DNA of 62,522 nt, the filler included, from Chiloscyllium plagiosum (Eukaryota), in assembly GCF_004010195.1 (NCBI RefSeq). It is 3 parts of one record of this genome, joined end to end, with 100 filler letters (N's around TTAATTAATTAA, not from the genome) between each part and the next. Parts side by side here need not be neighbours in the genome. Positions count along the whole stretch, not along the records: positions 23,585 to 42,066 come from NC_057716.1; positions 42,167 to 62,522 come from NC_057716.1; 1 more part is not named here. One strand, 5' to 3'. Below, one piece after another: positions 35,917-48,389 of this stretch (positions are counted from its first letter, which is position 1; the number at the start of each line of letters is the position of its first letter). The notes under the pieces were generated by a model. That model was not told where the DNA came from, did not search any database, and saw only the letters and a list, made by a program, of their open reading frames with translations. Both the position numbers and the translations under genes were made by a program.

Positions 35917-38165
35917 CTGGATGGGGATTTATCGTTGGATTCTCTGGGAAGCCAGGGAGGAGATTGCCAAACCGTTTGCTTTGATCTCTGTTGTCACCAT
36001 TGTCTACAGGAATAGCGCCAGAAGGCTGGAGGATAGCAAATGTGGTTCCCTTGTTCAAGAAGAGACAACCCTGGTAATTAGAGACCAGTGAGCCTTACTT
36101 TGGTTGTGGGTAAGGTGTTGGAAAAGGTTATGGGAGGATTTATAACCATCCAGAAAGGAATAATTTGATTAGGGATAGTCAACACTGTTTTGTGAAGGGT
36201 AGGTCGTGCCTCACAAACCTTACTGAGTTCTTTGAGAAGATGACCAAACAGGTAGATTAGGGTAAAGCGGTTGTTGTGGCGTATATGGATTTCAGTAAGG
36301 TGTTTGATAAGATTCCCCATGGTAGGCTGTTGCAGAAAATACAGAGACATGGGATTGAGGGCGATTTAATGGTTTGGATCAGAAATTGGCTAGCTGAAAG
36401 AACACAGAGGGTGGTGGTTGATGGGAAGTGTTTATCCTGGAGTTCAGTTACTAGTGGTGTACTGCAAGGATCTGTTTTAGGGCCACTGCTGTTTGTCATT
36501 TTTATAAACGACCTGGATGAGGTCATAGAAGGGTGGGTTTGTAAATTTGCGGATGACAGTATTGGTAGAGGGATCGAGTTTCGGAACCATGAGATCATGC
36601 CGCAGCTGTACAAAACTCTGGTGCGGCCGCACTTGGAGTATTGCATACAGTTCTGGTCATTACGTTATAGGAAGGATGTGGAAGCTTTGGAAAAGGTTCA
36701 GGGGAGATTTACTAAGACTTTGCCGGGTATGGCGGGAAGGTCTTATGAGGAAAGGCTGAGGGTCTTGAGGCTGTTTTCATTAGAGAGAAGGAGGTTGAGA
36801 GGTGACTTAATTAAGACATACAAGATAATCAGAGGTTGGACAGTGAGAGCCTTTTTCCTTGGATGGTGATGGCTGATATGAGGGGACATAGCTTTAAATT
36901 GATGGGTGATGGGTGTAGAACAGATGTCAGGGGTAGTGTCTTTACTCAGAGAGTAGTAGGGGCATGGAACGCAACAGTAGTAGACTCACCAACTTTAAGG
37001 ACATTTAAATGGTCATTGGATAAATATATGGTGAAAATGGAATAGTGTAGGGTAGATGGGCTTCAGATTCTATTCACAGGTTGGCAGAACATCGAGGGCC
37101 GAAGAGCCTGTACTGCACTGTAATGTTTTATATTCTGTGTTCGAAGTGCACGTTTCAGATCTCATGCATATCCTCTGCCTCCAAGCATAAGTTTCCTTCT
37201 TTATCCGTGAGTGAACACATCTTCTCCCTAGTTAGCCTCTTGTTTTAGTGTCTGTATAGAATACCTTGGGGATTCTCTTTAACCTTACTTGTCAAAGTCA
37301 CTTCATAGCCCCTTCTTGTTCTCCTGATCCCCTGCTTGAGTACTTTCCTGTTTACATTCCTCATGGGCCCAGTCCAATTTTAGCTTCCTAAACCTTATAT
37401 ATGCTTCTTTCTTCCTTTTGACTAAATGCACATCCTCCCTCATTATCCAAGGGTCCCTTACTTTGCCCTCCTTACTGGAATATGCCGGTCCTGAACTCTG
37501 ATCAGCAATTCCCACATGTCAGATATGGACTGATAACAGCTTCTCCCAGTGAACACTCCCTACCTCCTGCCCATTACTGGTGTAATATGCCCTCCCCAAA
37601 CTTGGCCCCAGTTCCAGACTTATCCTTGTTCATAGCTAGCCTAAAACGTAAGGAGTTGTGATCACTGTTTCCAAAATGCTCTCGCACTGTAAGGTCAGTC
37701 ACCTGGTCAGGCTCATTAGCCAATACAGGGTCCAGTATGGCCCCCTCTCTAGTTGGACTATCCGCATACTGTTTCAAGAAACCCTCTTGGGTACACTGAA
37801 TAAATTTTACCCAGTCTAAGCCTCTTGCTGTAAGGGAGGCCCAGTCAATATTGGAGAAGTTAAAGTCACCCACTATGACAACCCTATTGTTATTAAGTCT
37901 TTCCATAATCTGCTGAAATATTTATTCCTCAATCTCTCGGTGGCTATTGGGGTGACCTATCAGAGTGATTACACCCATCTTACACCCATCGCCTCAGGCA
38001 ACTGACTGTGTGGAGTTTGCACATTCTCCCCGTGTCTGTGTGGGTTTTCTACGGGTGCTCCGGTTTCCTCCCACATTCCAAAAATGTGCAGGTTAGGTGA
38101 ATTGGCCATTTCCCCCAACCCCACCTCCCCCGCCCCGCCATTTCTCAGCTCATTTCCCCCTCCCC

Positions 38166-38201
38166 AGTCCTGATGAGGGATCCTGACCTGAAACGTTGAC
38201 T
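38166..38201 (+). ncRNA. Minimal hammerhead ribozyme motif with a perfect 4-bp helix I and degenerate helix II
   Basis: agtc-CTGATGA-gggatcctgacct-GAAAC-GTT-gact. Confidence 0.6.
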
Positions 38202-38426
38202 CCCCTGCTCCTCTGGTGCTGCCTGACCAACTGTGCCTTTTGCAGTCCTTACTATCCCCATACTGCCTCGGTGGATGAACCCTCCAGTATGTCCTCTCTC
38301 TGAGTGCAGACGTAACATCCTCCCTGATTAATAATGCAGCTCCTCCATCTCTTTTCCCTTCCTCTCTCTCTCGTCTCAAACAACAAAATTCTGTAACATT
38401 GAGCAGCCAGTCCTGTCCCTTTCTCA

Positions 38427-38800
38427 AGGTTTATAAAGTCATGAGGGGCATGGATAAGATAAATAGACAAGGTCTTTTCCCTGGGGTGGGGGAGTCCAGA
38501 ACTAGAGGGCATAGGTTTAGGGTGAGAGGGGAAAGATATAAAAGGGACCTTAGGGGTAACTTTCTCACACAGAGGGTGGTGTGTGGATGGAATGAGCTGC
38601 CAGAGGACGTGGTGGAGGCTGGTAAAATGACAACATTTAAAAGACATCTAGATAGGTATATGACTACGAAGGGTTTAGAGGGATAAACTCTCTAAAGAGC
38701 TGGCAAATAGGATTAGATAAGATGAGGATATCTGGTCAGCATGGACAACTTGGACCTAAGGGTCTGTTTCTGTGCTGTACACCTCTATGACTCTATGACT
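38427..38800 (+). mobile_element. HER1/CR1 3' fragment
   Basis: ESRTRGHRFRVRGERYK and a (ctctatga)n tail. Confidence 0.9.
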
Positions 38801-38939
38801 CAAGGTTGTCTATAATGGCCACAACATCATAGTCCCATGTACTGACCCAGGCTTTAAGCTGATCTATCTTACCCATAATACTCCTTGTGTTGAAATAAAC
38901 ACACTTCAGCCCATTAGAACCATTGCGTTCATTGGTTGT

Positions 38940-40436
38940 ACTGATTGCTCATGTCTAAATGACTACCACTCAGTGGCCCTAACTTCAGTGGTCATGAAGT
39001 GCTTTGAAAGGCTGGTCATGGCATTAATCAACTCCAGCCTCCCCACGACTCTTGACCCATTCCAATTTGCCTATCAGACCAACACATCCACGTCAGATGC
39101 CATATCACTTGCCCTTCTTGAACATCTTTAAGGGCTTATGCCCGAAACGTCGATTCTCCTGCTCCTTGGATGCTGCCTGACCTGCTGCGCTTTTCCAGCA
39201 ACACATTTTTCAGCTCTGATCTCCAGCATCTGCAGTCCTCACTTTCTGCTAGAACATCTTGACACCAAGAACAGCTACGTAAGAATCCTACTCATTGACT
39301 ACAGTTCAGCCTTCAACACTATTATCCCCTCGAGACTAATTACTAAACTTAGTGATCTCGGACTAAGCCCCACTCTCTGCAACTGGATCCTCAGTTTCCT
39401 GACCCACAGGCCACAATCAGTGAAGATCGGGGACAATATTTCATCCTCACTAACGCTCAACACTGGAGCCCCCCCAGGGGTGCGTACTCAGCCCCCTACT
39501 GTATTCACTGCATATCCATGACTGCGTCGCCAAACACCAGACTAATGCCATTTACAAGTTTGTTGATGACACCATCATAGTCGGTCGCATCTCAGATGGC
39601 GACGAAACAGACTACAGACGGGAGGTGGAAAACTTGGATAAATGGTGCACTGAGAACAACCTAGCTCTCAATGCTGGCAAAACCAAGGAACTCATTATTG
39701 ACTTTCAGCGGGATGGTTACTCATGCCTCCCCTACACATTAACAGCACAGAGGGGGAATGAGTGGAGAGTGGCAAGCTCCTGGGAGTGGTCATCCACAAC
39801 AAGCTTTCTTGGACTCTGCGCTTTTCCAGCAACACATTTTCAGCTCTGATCTCCAGCATCTGCAGTCCTCACTTTCTCCTCTTCATGTGGACGCACTGGT
39901 TACAAAGGCCCAACAACGTCTCTTCTTCCTCAGGCAGCTGAGGAAATTTGGCATGACAGTGAATACCCTTGCCAACTTTTATAGGTACGCCATCGAGGGC
40001 ATTCTGTCTGGATGTACCACTACCTGGTATGGCTACTATACCATTCAAGATCAGAGACAGTTACAGAGAGTGGTGAACTCGGCCCGGACAATCACAAAGG
40101 CCAACCTCCCATCTACAGAATCCATCTACCAGGCCCAATGTCAAGGAAAGGCCGTCAGCATTCTCAAAGATCCATCCCACCCTGGCAATGTTTTTCTACA
40201 ACCTCTACCATCAGGGAGAAGGTACAGAACCTGAACACACACACCAGCTGGTTTCTACCCTGAATACTGAATGGACTCACAAACTCTTAACATTCGCCTG
40301 TCCCTGTGTTTATGTTTTGCCGCTGTTTACCTATTATTTACTATCTATGTGATTTAACTCTGTGATCTGCCTGTATTGCTCACAAGACAAAGCTTTTCAC
40401 TGTGCCTCGGTACACCTGACAATAAATTCAATTCAG
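38940..40436 (+). mobile_element. Rex1/Babar-like LINE, RT and 3' end, with two PLE terminal insertions (39130-39247 and 39817-39879)
   Basis: [56 protein letters not shown]; tail aataaattcaattca. Confidence 0.88.
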
Positions 40437-40642
40437 TAGACTCTGATTGGTGTAAAGTGTTACCATGGAGAATAGAACTCAGTCTCCCGTTCCCACTTTC
40501 TCCTCATCCCCTTTAGTCTGAGGAACCTTACCTAACTCCCTCCTGACAAATAGGAGAGAGACAAGAGGTCAGTGCAGGAGGTAGTCCTCCCAGGGGCTAA
40601 GGAGTAAACCTGAAACATCATGAAATTAAGAGTCACACTCAC

Positions 40643-40812
40643 CTTTGTCACGTAGATGTGGTCTGGGTGGTGTTTGGAAGGGATAAACAGAAGCAGCAGA
40701 CGTTCATACATCTGGATTCCTGTGAGTGACGTCAAACCCATGTACAGGAAGATTCCAAATAAAACTGACATCGGAATCAACTGGAGAATCTTACTCATGA
40801 CCACAGAGAGAC
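40643..40812 (-). CDS. slc4a3: SLC4 anion exchanger (AE3-like) exon: (G)[56 protein letters not shown]
   Basis: 170-nt exon with a (CT)n polypyrimidine tract, ccag acceptor and gtgagt donor. Contains the hallmark [10 protein letters not shown] and KHHP motifs and splices in frame to 26158. Confidence 0.92.
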
Positions 40813-41259
40813 CTGGAGACAAGGAGAGTGAGAGAGTGAGAGAGAGAGAGAGTGAGAGAAGCAGCATCAACAATAACTGAGATTGCCGATTCCCTCCCAT
40901 GATGAGTAATTCCCCTCCTTTATACTGGCAAGGCCAGTACCTGTTGTCCATGCCTAATTGCCCTCTGCACACAATGGTTTGCTCAGCCATTTTACAGTCA
41001 GCCACATGTAGGCCAGGCCATGTAAAGATGGCAGATTTCCCACTGGAAAGGGCATTAGTGAACCAGATGGGTCTTATTCCTGACAACCAACAATTAAATT
41101 TTTAATTTCAGGTTTTAAATCAAATTTCACCATCCGCTATATTGAGATTCAAACCCATGTTCCCGGAACATTATCTGGATCTCTATATACTCTAGCAATA
41201 ATACCACTAGGCCATGACCTTCTTCTGACCCTTACTGGCCAGCACAGGTTGGAAGGATT

Positions 41260-41948
41260 TTGTGTTGGGGATAGGATTAAAGAGTAGGATTATGGAGTTA
41301 ATGTTTAGGATTACTGATGAGGCTGTGTGGTTAAGGTCATGTTTTGTGGTTAGTGTTCTTCTTACTGGTTATGGTCAATGGTTAGGGTCAGCTGATTGGA
41401 CTATGGCTATGGTTAGTCATTAGAGTTATGTGGTTTGCATTAAGGTCAGTGGTTAGCATTAAAGAGAGCAGTCACTGTTAATGGTTAGGTTTATGGTTGG
41501 GATCATGATTAGTAGTTGGGATTAAGGTTAGTGGTTAGGAACATTGGGTAGTGTTATGGTTCAGTTTATGGTTGGGATCATGATTTGTAGTTATGTTTAC
41601 GGTTAGTGGTTTGAGGCAAAAAATGTGGTGCTGGAAAAGCACAGCCGGTCAGGCAGTATCTGAAAAGCAAGAGAATTAACGTTTTGATCGTAAGCCCTTC
41701 ATCAGGAAAGATTAGTGGTTAGAGATCGGGTTAGGGATAGGGTTAAGGTTAATGGATAGTGCTGGTGGTTAGTGTGGAAGGGATTATGTTCAGTGGTTAA
41801 CGTTAAGTTTAATGGAGACTGTAGATACTGTTAGTGGCTAGGCTCACTGATTGGATCCAAGTTCATGGTTATGTTATGGTTAGTGTGTAGGGATGTGGTC
41901 AGTGTGTCAGATTATGGGTTAGTGTGTCGGATTATGGGTTAGTGTGTA
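41260..41948 (+). repeat. GT-rich low-complexity tract (degenerate ggttag/ggttat), interrupted by a PLE terminal fragment at ~41620-41708
   Basis: Strong G/T skew, recurring ggtta words, and a 20-bp tandem at the end. Confidence 0.7.
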
Positions 41949-42066
41949 GGACCCGGGTTCAATTCCCGCCTCAGGCAACTGACTGTGTGGAGTTTGCATG
42001 TTCTCCCCGTGTCTGCGTGGGTTTCCTCCGGGTGCTCCGGTTTCCTCCCACAGTCCAAAGATGTGC

Positions 42067-42166
42067 NNNNNNNNNNNNNNNNNNNNNNNNNNNNNNNNNN
42101 NNNNNNNNNNTTAATTAATTAANNNNNNNNNNNNNNNNNNNNNNNNNNNNNNNNNNNNNNNNNNNN
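42067..42166. other. Artificial scaffold linker (44 N + TTAATTAATTAA + 44 N)
   Basis: Same structure as 23485-23584. A SINE is cut on the left and a CR1 on the right. Confidence 0.95.
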
Positions 42167-42585
42167 GCTGCCAGTCCTGCTCATCCCTGAGCCATGTTTC
42201 TGTAATTGCTATGGTATCCCAGTCCCATGTTCCTAACCATGTCCTGAGTTCATCTGCCTTCCCTGTTAGGTCCCTTGCATTGAAATAAATGCAGTTTAAT
42301 TTATTAGTCCTACCTTGTCCCTGCCTGCCCTGACTGTTTGACTCACTTCTGTTCTCAGCTGTACCCGTCTCAGATCGATCTCTTTCCTCACTATCTCCCG
42401 AGGTTCCACCCACCCCCACCTTACTAGTTTAAATCCTCCCAAGCAGTTCTAGCAAATCTCCCTGCCAGTACATTAATCGCCTTCCAAGTTAGGTGCAATC
42501 CGTCCTTCTTGTACAGGTCACTTCGACCACAAAAGAGATTCCAACGATCCAAAACTATGAATCCTTCTCCCATACACCAGCTCCT
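42167..42585 (-). mobile_element. CR1 fragment spanning the end of ORF1 and the start of the endonuclease
   Basis: CIYFNARDLTGKADELRTWLGTWDWDTIAITETWL. Confidence 0.88.
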
Positions 42586-43209
42586 CTTCTCTAGAGTGCA
42601 GACATTACCTGTGATAAGTTCCTGGTTGATTGTAATGCGATTACAATGCTATCTAAGTTTGCACAGAGCAACTTTCCAAAAGGGCTAGGTGAACTGTAAA
42701 CAATTTGCATGGGTTTGGGGAAAGGGTAGGGCCTGCTCTCTGAAAAAGCCTCGCCAGTCACTCAGTTGCAGGGAAATTAGGAATGGGCAGCGCATACTTG
42801 TGCCAATTACACCCACATCCCGTAAAAGAATTAATAATTGAAAAATTCCATGGCAATAGTTAAACAAGTACAGGTTGTTCCTTCTGGTTTTAAACAGCAT
42901 TCCATCTTCATTGTAAAGGTCATTGTGTTGTCAGCAAACATTCAGAATAAAGCTTTTCTTTTTCTTTTTCTTTCTGATGACAAGTTACACACAAAACAGT
43001 AATTATCTATCTTTCATGGACAATTAATATTCTTGGCATCTGACCTTCCCTCCTTTCAGATTGATGACATTTATAGTATATCCCTTTAGCCTTTCATGTA
43101 ATAATTTCTCTTTCAATATTATGTTTAACGAGCATAGAGCCAAGAGGTATCTATGGTGCAATAACTTTAAGGTGACAGTACTAGAGTACTTCTGACAGGA
43201 GAACCACTA

Positions 43210-43243
43210 TGTCAAGGCTTTTCACCTTGTACTCATCAGGACA
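43210..43243 (-). ncRNA. Degenerate hammerhead motif of a third family
   Basis: tgtc-CTGATGA-gtacaaggt-GAAA-agcctt-gaca. Related decayed copies lie at ~26655-26690, ~58280-58317 and ~58610-58650. Confidence 0.5.
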
Positions 43244-43388
43244 AACGCGTGAATCCCAAATTTCAAACAATCACAACAGGTTAAACTGCAGGACAAATTG
43301 TGCTGACTTGCCAAGTTTGGCAATGTGTCTCTCTACTAGATCCTTACCCCATACCATTCTGTCCTTCCCATACCATCACTATCATATA

Positions 43389-44120
43389 GGTAAAAACAAT
43401 GACTGCAGATGCTGGAAACCAGATTCTGGATCAGTGGTGCTGGAAGAGCACAGCAATTCAGGCAGCATCCGAGGACAGGCACCATCAAAGTTTTACCTGC
43501 ACATCCACTAATATCATCTATTGTATCCGTTGCTCCCGATGCGGTCTCCTCTACATTGGGGAGACTGGACGCCTCCTAGCAGAGCGCTTTAGGGAACATC
43601 TCCGAGACACCCGCACCAATCAACCAGCCACTGGGCGATGTGGACATTTCAACTCCCCCTCCCACTCTGCCGAGGATATGGAGGTGCTGGGCCTCCTCCA
43701 CCGCCGCTCCCTCACCACCAGACGCATGGAAGAAGAACGCCTCATCTTCCGCCTCGGAACACTTCAACCCCAGGGCATCAATGTGGATGTTAACAGTTTC
43801 CTCATTTCCCCTTCCCCCACCTCATCCTAGCTTCTAACCTCCAGAAACTCGATCCCCTGACCTGTCCGGACTTGTCCGACCTGCCCAGCTCCTTTTCCAC
43901 CTATCCACTCCACCCTCTCCTCCCTGACCTATCACCTTCATCTCCTTCCCCACTGACCTATTGTACTCTATGCCACTCTCTCCCACGAAGGTGGAATGCT
44001 GTTTAAAACCAGAAGGAACAACCTGTACTTGTTTAACTATTGCCATGGAATTTTTAAATTATTAATTCTTCCTCGGATGCTGCCTGAATTGCTGTGCTCT
44101 TCCAGCACCACTGATCCAGA
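43389..44120 (+). mobile_element. Penelope-like element, 5'-truncated: inverted terminal fragment, GIY-YIG endonuclease C-terminus, pyrimidine-rich 3'UTR and terminus; 14-bp TSD atcactatcatata
   Basis: FTCTSTNIIYCIRCSRCGLLYIGETGRLLAERFREH...HFN...EERLIFRLGTLQPQGIN is a PLE GIY-YIG domain with CxxC. TSD copies are at 43375-43388 and 44121-44134. Confidence 0.92.
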
Positions 44121-44825
44121 ATCACTATCATATAACCCATCCTCCTTTCGAGCCCTCCTTATGCAAACCCAACCCCATTCCAGACTCTCCATTTCATAAT
44201 CCCCACTTCTCATGCCATTCTCCAGCTCGCTCCCATTCCATTTGCTGTTGGTTCCACCCATTACATCCACTTGTAAAGTGCTTCACGTTTGCAATATCTT
44301 ATATTCCTGGGGGATGATTAATTAGTGATATTAAAAGTTTATTGCAATGATTGGGTGCTGTGTATCCTGGCATCTCTCTCACAATAAATGTAACAGTTGC
44401 ACATATTAAACCCTTAAACTGACCGATTGAAGTACCATATGTACTTGTGTGAAAGTTAGGTTTAGAGACCAAAGGTAAAAGGTAAGGCGGGGTTGGCTTT
44501 TTATATGGGTGCTATTTTTGAGACCAGTTCGAAGGAACTGCTGATAATGAATAGAGGAGATCCCCAGTGTTTGAACATCTGACTTAAAAAACATTTGTAC
44601 TTCGAAGTACGACCCCATACAGGAGTGTAATTTCAAGGACCTGACATACAAATATTCCCCGTGCTTATGAATGGCTGCTTTACATTGTCCTGCATTTTAT
44701 TCCAACTAATGCACTAATCGACATGCAGATGGACTCCATTTGTCTTCTGGGCAGGGTTTTTAACCAGCTGTAAAGGAAAAGTACTGCAGATTTGGAAATT
44801 CTGGAGAAAGTTAGCAGGTCGAAGG

Positions 44826-47728
44826 CGATCTCAGTTATCTGTAAGAATAATAGGGTGGTTATAGTCGGAGATTTTAAGTTTCCAAACATAGACTGGGACT
44901 GCCGTAGTGTCAAGGGCTTAGATGGAGAGGAATTTGTTACGGGTGTACAAGAAAATTTTCTGATTCAATATATGGATGTACCTGCTAGAGAAGGATCAAA
45001 ACTTGACCTACTGTTGGGAAATAAGGCAGGGCAGGTGACTGAGGTGTCAGTGGGGGAGCACTTTGAGACCAGCGACCATAATTCTATTAGTTTTAAAATA
45101 GTGATGGAAAAGGATAGACCAGATTTAAAAGTTGAAGTTTTAAATTGAAGGAAGACCAATTTTGATGGTATTCGGCAAGAACTTTCCAAAGCTGACTGGG
45201 GCAGATAAAAGAACAACTGAAAAATGGGAAGCCTTCAGAAATGAGATAATGAGAATCCAGAGAAAGTATATTCCTGTCAGGGTGAAAGGAAAGGCTGGTA
45301 GGTATGGGGAATGCTGAATGATTAAAGAATTTGAGGGTTTGGTTAAGAAAAAGAAGGAAGCATATGTAAGGTATAGACAGGATAGATCGAGTGAATCCTG
45401 AGAAGAATATTAAGGTAGTAGGAGTATACTTAAGAGGGAAATCAGGAGGGCAAAAAGGGGACATAAGATAGCTTTGGCAAATAGAGTTAAGGAGAGTCTA
45501 CAGGGTTTTACAAATACATTAAGGACAAAAGGGTAACGAGAGAGACAATAGGGCCCCTCAAAGATCAGCAAGGCGGCCTTTGTGTGGAGCCACAGGAGAT
45601 GGGGGAGATACTAAATGAATATTTTGCATCAGTATTTACTGTGGAAAAGGATATGGAAGATATAGGGAAATAGATGGTGACATCTTGAAAAATGTCCATA
45701 TTACAGAGGAGGGGGTGCTGGATGTCTTGAAACACATAAACGTGAATAAATCCCCAGTACTTGATCAGGTGTACCCTAGAACTCTGTGGGAAGCTAGAGA
45801 AGTGATTGCTGGGCCTCTTGCTGAGACATTTGTATCATCGATAGTCACAGGTGAGGTGCCGGAAGACTGGATGTTGGCTAATGTGGTGCCACTGTTTAAG
45901 AAGGGTGGTAAAGACAAGCCAGGGAATTATAGACTGGTGAGCCTGACTTCAGTGATGGGCAAGTTGTTGGAGAGAATCCTGAGAGACAAGATAACATGTA
46001 TTTGGAAAGGCAAGGACTGATTAGGGATAGTCAACATGGCTTTGTGCGTGGGAAATCATGTCTCACAAACTTGAGAATCAGAAAATTGTCTTGTACACAC
46101 TTAACAAATTCCTCTCCATCTGAACCCTTAACACTATGGCAGTCCCAGTCTATGTTTGGAAAGTTAAAATCCCCTACCATAAATACCCTATTATTCTTAC
46201 AGATAACCTAGATCTCCTTACAAATATGTTTCTCAATTTCCTTCTGACTATTAGGGGGTCTATAATACAATCCCAAGAGGCGATCATCCCTTTCTTATTT
46301 CTCAGTTTCACCCAAATAACTTCCCTGGATGTATTTCTGGGAATATCCTCGCTAAGTACAGCTGTAATGCTATCCCTTATCAAAAATACCACTCTCCCTC
46401 TTCCCCTGCCTGTCTTTCTATCCTTCCTGTAGCATTTGTGTCCTGGAACATTAATCTGCCAGTCCTGTCCATCCTTGAGCCATGTTTCTGTAATTGCTAT
46501 GATATCCCAGTCCCATGTTCCTAACCATGCCCTGAGTTCCTCTGCCTTCCCTGTTAGGCCCCTTGCATTGAAATAAATGCAGTTTAATTTATCAGTCCTA
46601 CCTGTTCTCTGCTTTGACCCTGCCTGCCCTGACTGTTTGACTCGCTCCTTTTCCCAACTGTACCAGTCTCAGATTGATCTCTTTCCTCACTATCTCTCTG
46701 GGTCCCACCCCCCCACCTTACTAATTTAAATCCTTCTGAGCAGCTCTAGCAAATCTCCCTGCCAGTATATTAGTCCCCTTCCAATTTAGGTGCAATCCAT
46801 CCATCTTGTACAGGTCACTTGTACCCCAAAAGAGCTTCCAATGATCCAAAAATGTGAATCCTTCTCCCTTACACCAGCTCCTCAGCCATGGATTCATCTG
46901 CGCTATCCTCCTATTCCTGCCCTCATAGCACCGAGTAATCCAGATATTACTACTCTTAAGGATCTGCTTTGTAAATTCCTGCGTAACTCTCTGTATTCTC
47001 CCTTCAGAATCTCAACCTTTTCCTTCCCTATGTCGTTGGTTCCAATGTGGACAATGACCTCCTGCTGGCCCCTCCCCCCCTTGAGAACATTCTGCACCCT
47101 CTCTGAGACATCCTTGATCCTGGTACCAGGGAAGCAACACACCATTCTGATTTTTCACTGCTGGCCACAGAAACGTCTATCGTACCTTGAATTAGAGAGT
47201 CCCCTGACACAGTCGATCGCTTGGAACCTGACGTACCCCGTATTACATTAGAGCCAGTCTCAATGCCAGAAATGTGGCTGTTCGTGCTACGTTCCCCAAT
47301 GAATCCATCACCCCCTACATTTTCCAAAACAGTATACTTGTTTGAAGTAGCCACAGAAGACTCCTGTACTACCTGCCTACCTCTCTTACCTTGCCTGGAG
47401 TTAACCCATCTATGTGACTATCTGTGACTGTTCCCCCTTCCTATAACTGCCATCCATCACATCCCCTTGCTTTTGAAAATACCTCATTGCCTCTAACTGT
47501 CTCACCCTGTGCTGCCTTTGTCTGTTCCTCTCCCTTTTAAAACTGCTGTTGTTTTGACTTTCTTTCTCTCCAAAAGTTCCAAAACAATGCAGCAGCATAT
47601 AAAACAGTAATTGCTGCTCCTGCAATTCGAGGAAATCACCTCCAAGACCTAAAATAACTCCAAAAAAAAGGAGCAGCTGTTACAGCCAGAAGTTTTTCCT
47701 GTCCTCCATCTTGAATTACCCAGAATCC
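44826..47728. mobile_element. CR1 LINE in two opposed pieces: endonuclease-RT on + (44826-46072) and 5'UTR-ORF1-endonuclease on - (46075-47728)
   Basis: Same family as 26981-31835; the 5' end gattctgggtaattcaagatggagg is shared. Confidence 0.9.
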
Positions 47729-48389
47729 TTTCAAGTTTCACACCATCCTTCCTATAGTAGGGAGACCAGAATTAATGCAGTATTTCCTGGGTAGATGTTG
47801 AAGTTCCCTCTTCTGGGAGAATCTAGAACCACGGCCATGGTTTAAAAATAAGCGATCATCCATTTAAGAGAAGAGGAAACGTTTTTTACTGTTGGGGTTT
47901 TGAGTCTTTGGGATTCCCTACCATAAAAGGCAATGGATGCAGACTCTTTATATATCTTGTCAGGCAGAGACAGATTCCTGATTAGCGATGGGATGAAAGA
48001 TTACTGGGGATATGCAGGATAATAGAGTTGGGGTTCAGATTGGAATGACCTTGATCTAATTGAAAGGCAGATCAGGCCCAAAGGGTCATGTGGCCTATTC
48101 TCATTCCTTATTTGGCTGTTTGATTTGGTTGTCGCTGGCCATGGTACTGAATGTAGCTGTAAGGTATAATTCCAGCCTGTCTGATTCTGATAGCTTCAAT
48201 GAGATCAGAGCAGTTGTAGCAATAATCCTTACACCATTCCTGCCAACCCTCCTTCCAAAACAAGCATGTGGCAAAAGTAAGGACATTTTTGCAGATGTTT
48301 CTCACGATCGTGTCCTAGACCCAGCCAGTTTGGAAAACGATCCTCCCTCAATCATGTCTTTACATGTAATGGCATTATTACCTCTGAAG

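Larger units (their letters stand above)
33206..37140 (+). mobile_element. Second CR1 subfamily LINE (ORF1 esterase, endonuclease, RT, 3' end) with two PLE insertions
   Basis: IGDSIVRG...CCLPGARVRDV...IGTND; YMDFSKVFDKIPH; QGSVLGPLLF; KFADD, followed by an internal deletion. Confidence 0.92.

Noticed and set aside
41260..41948. Interstitial telomeric repeat
   Set aside because: There are only scattered TTAGGG-like words and no tandem (TTAGGG)n run.
44517..44582. ETSSKELLIMNRG as a dnpep upstream exon (compare AAKELLKFVNR)
   Set aside because: There is no SPFH/SPYH motif and no suitable splice sites, and an in-frame stop follows.
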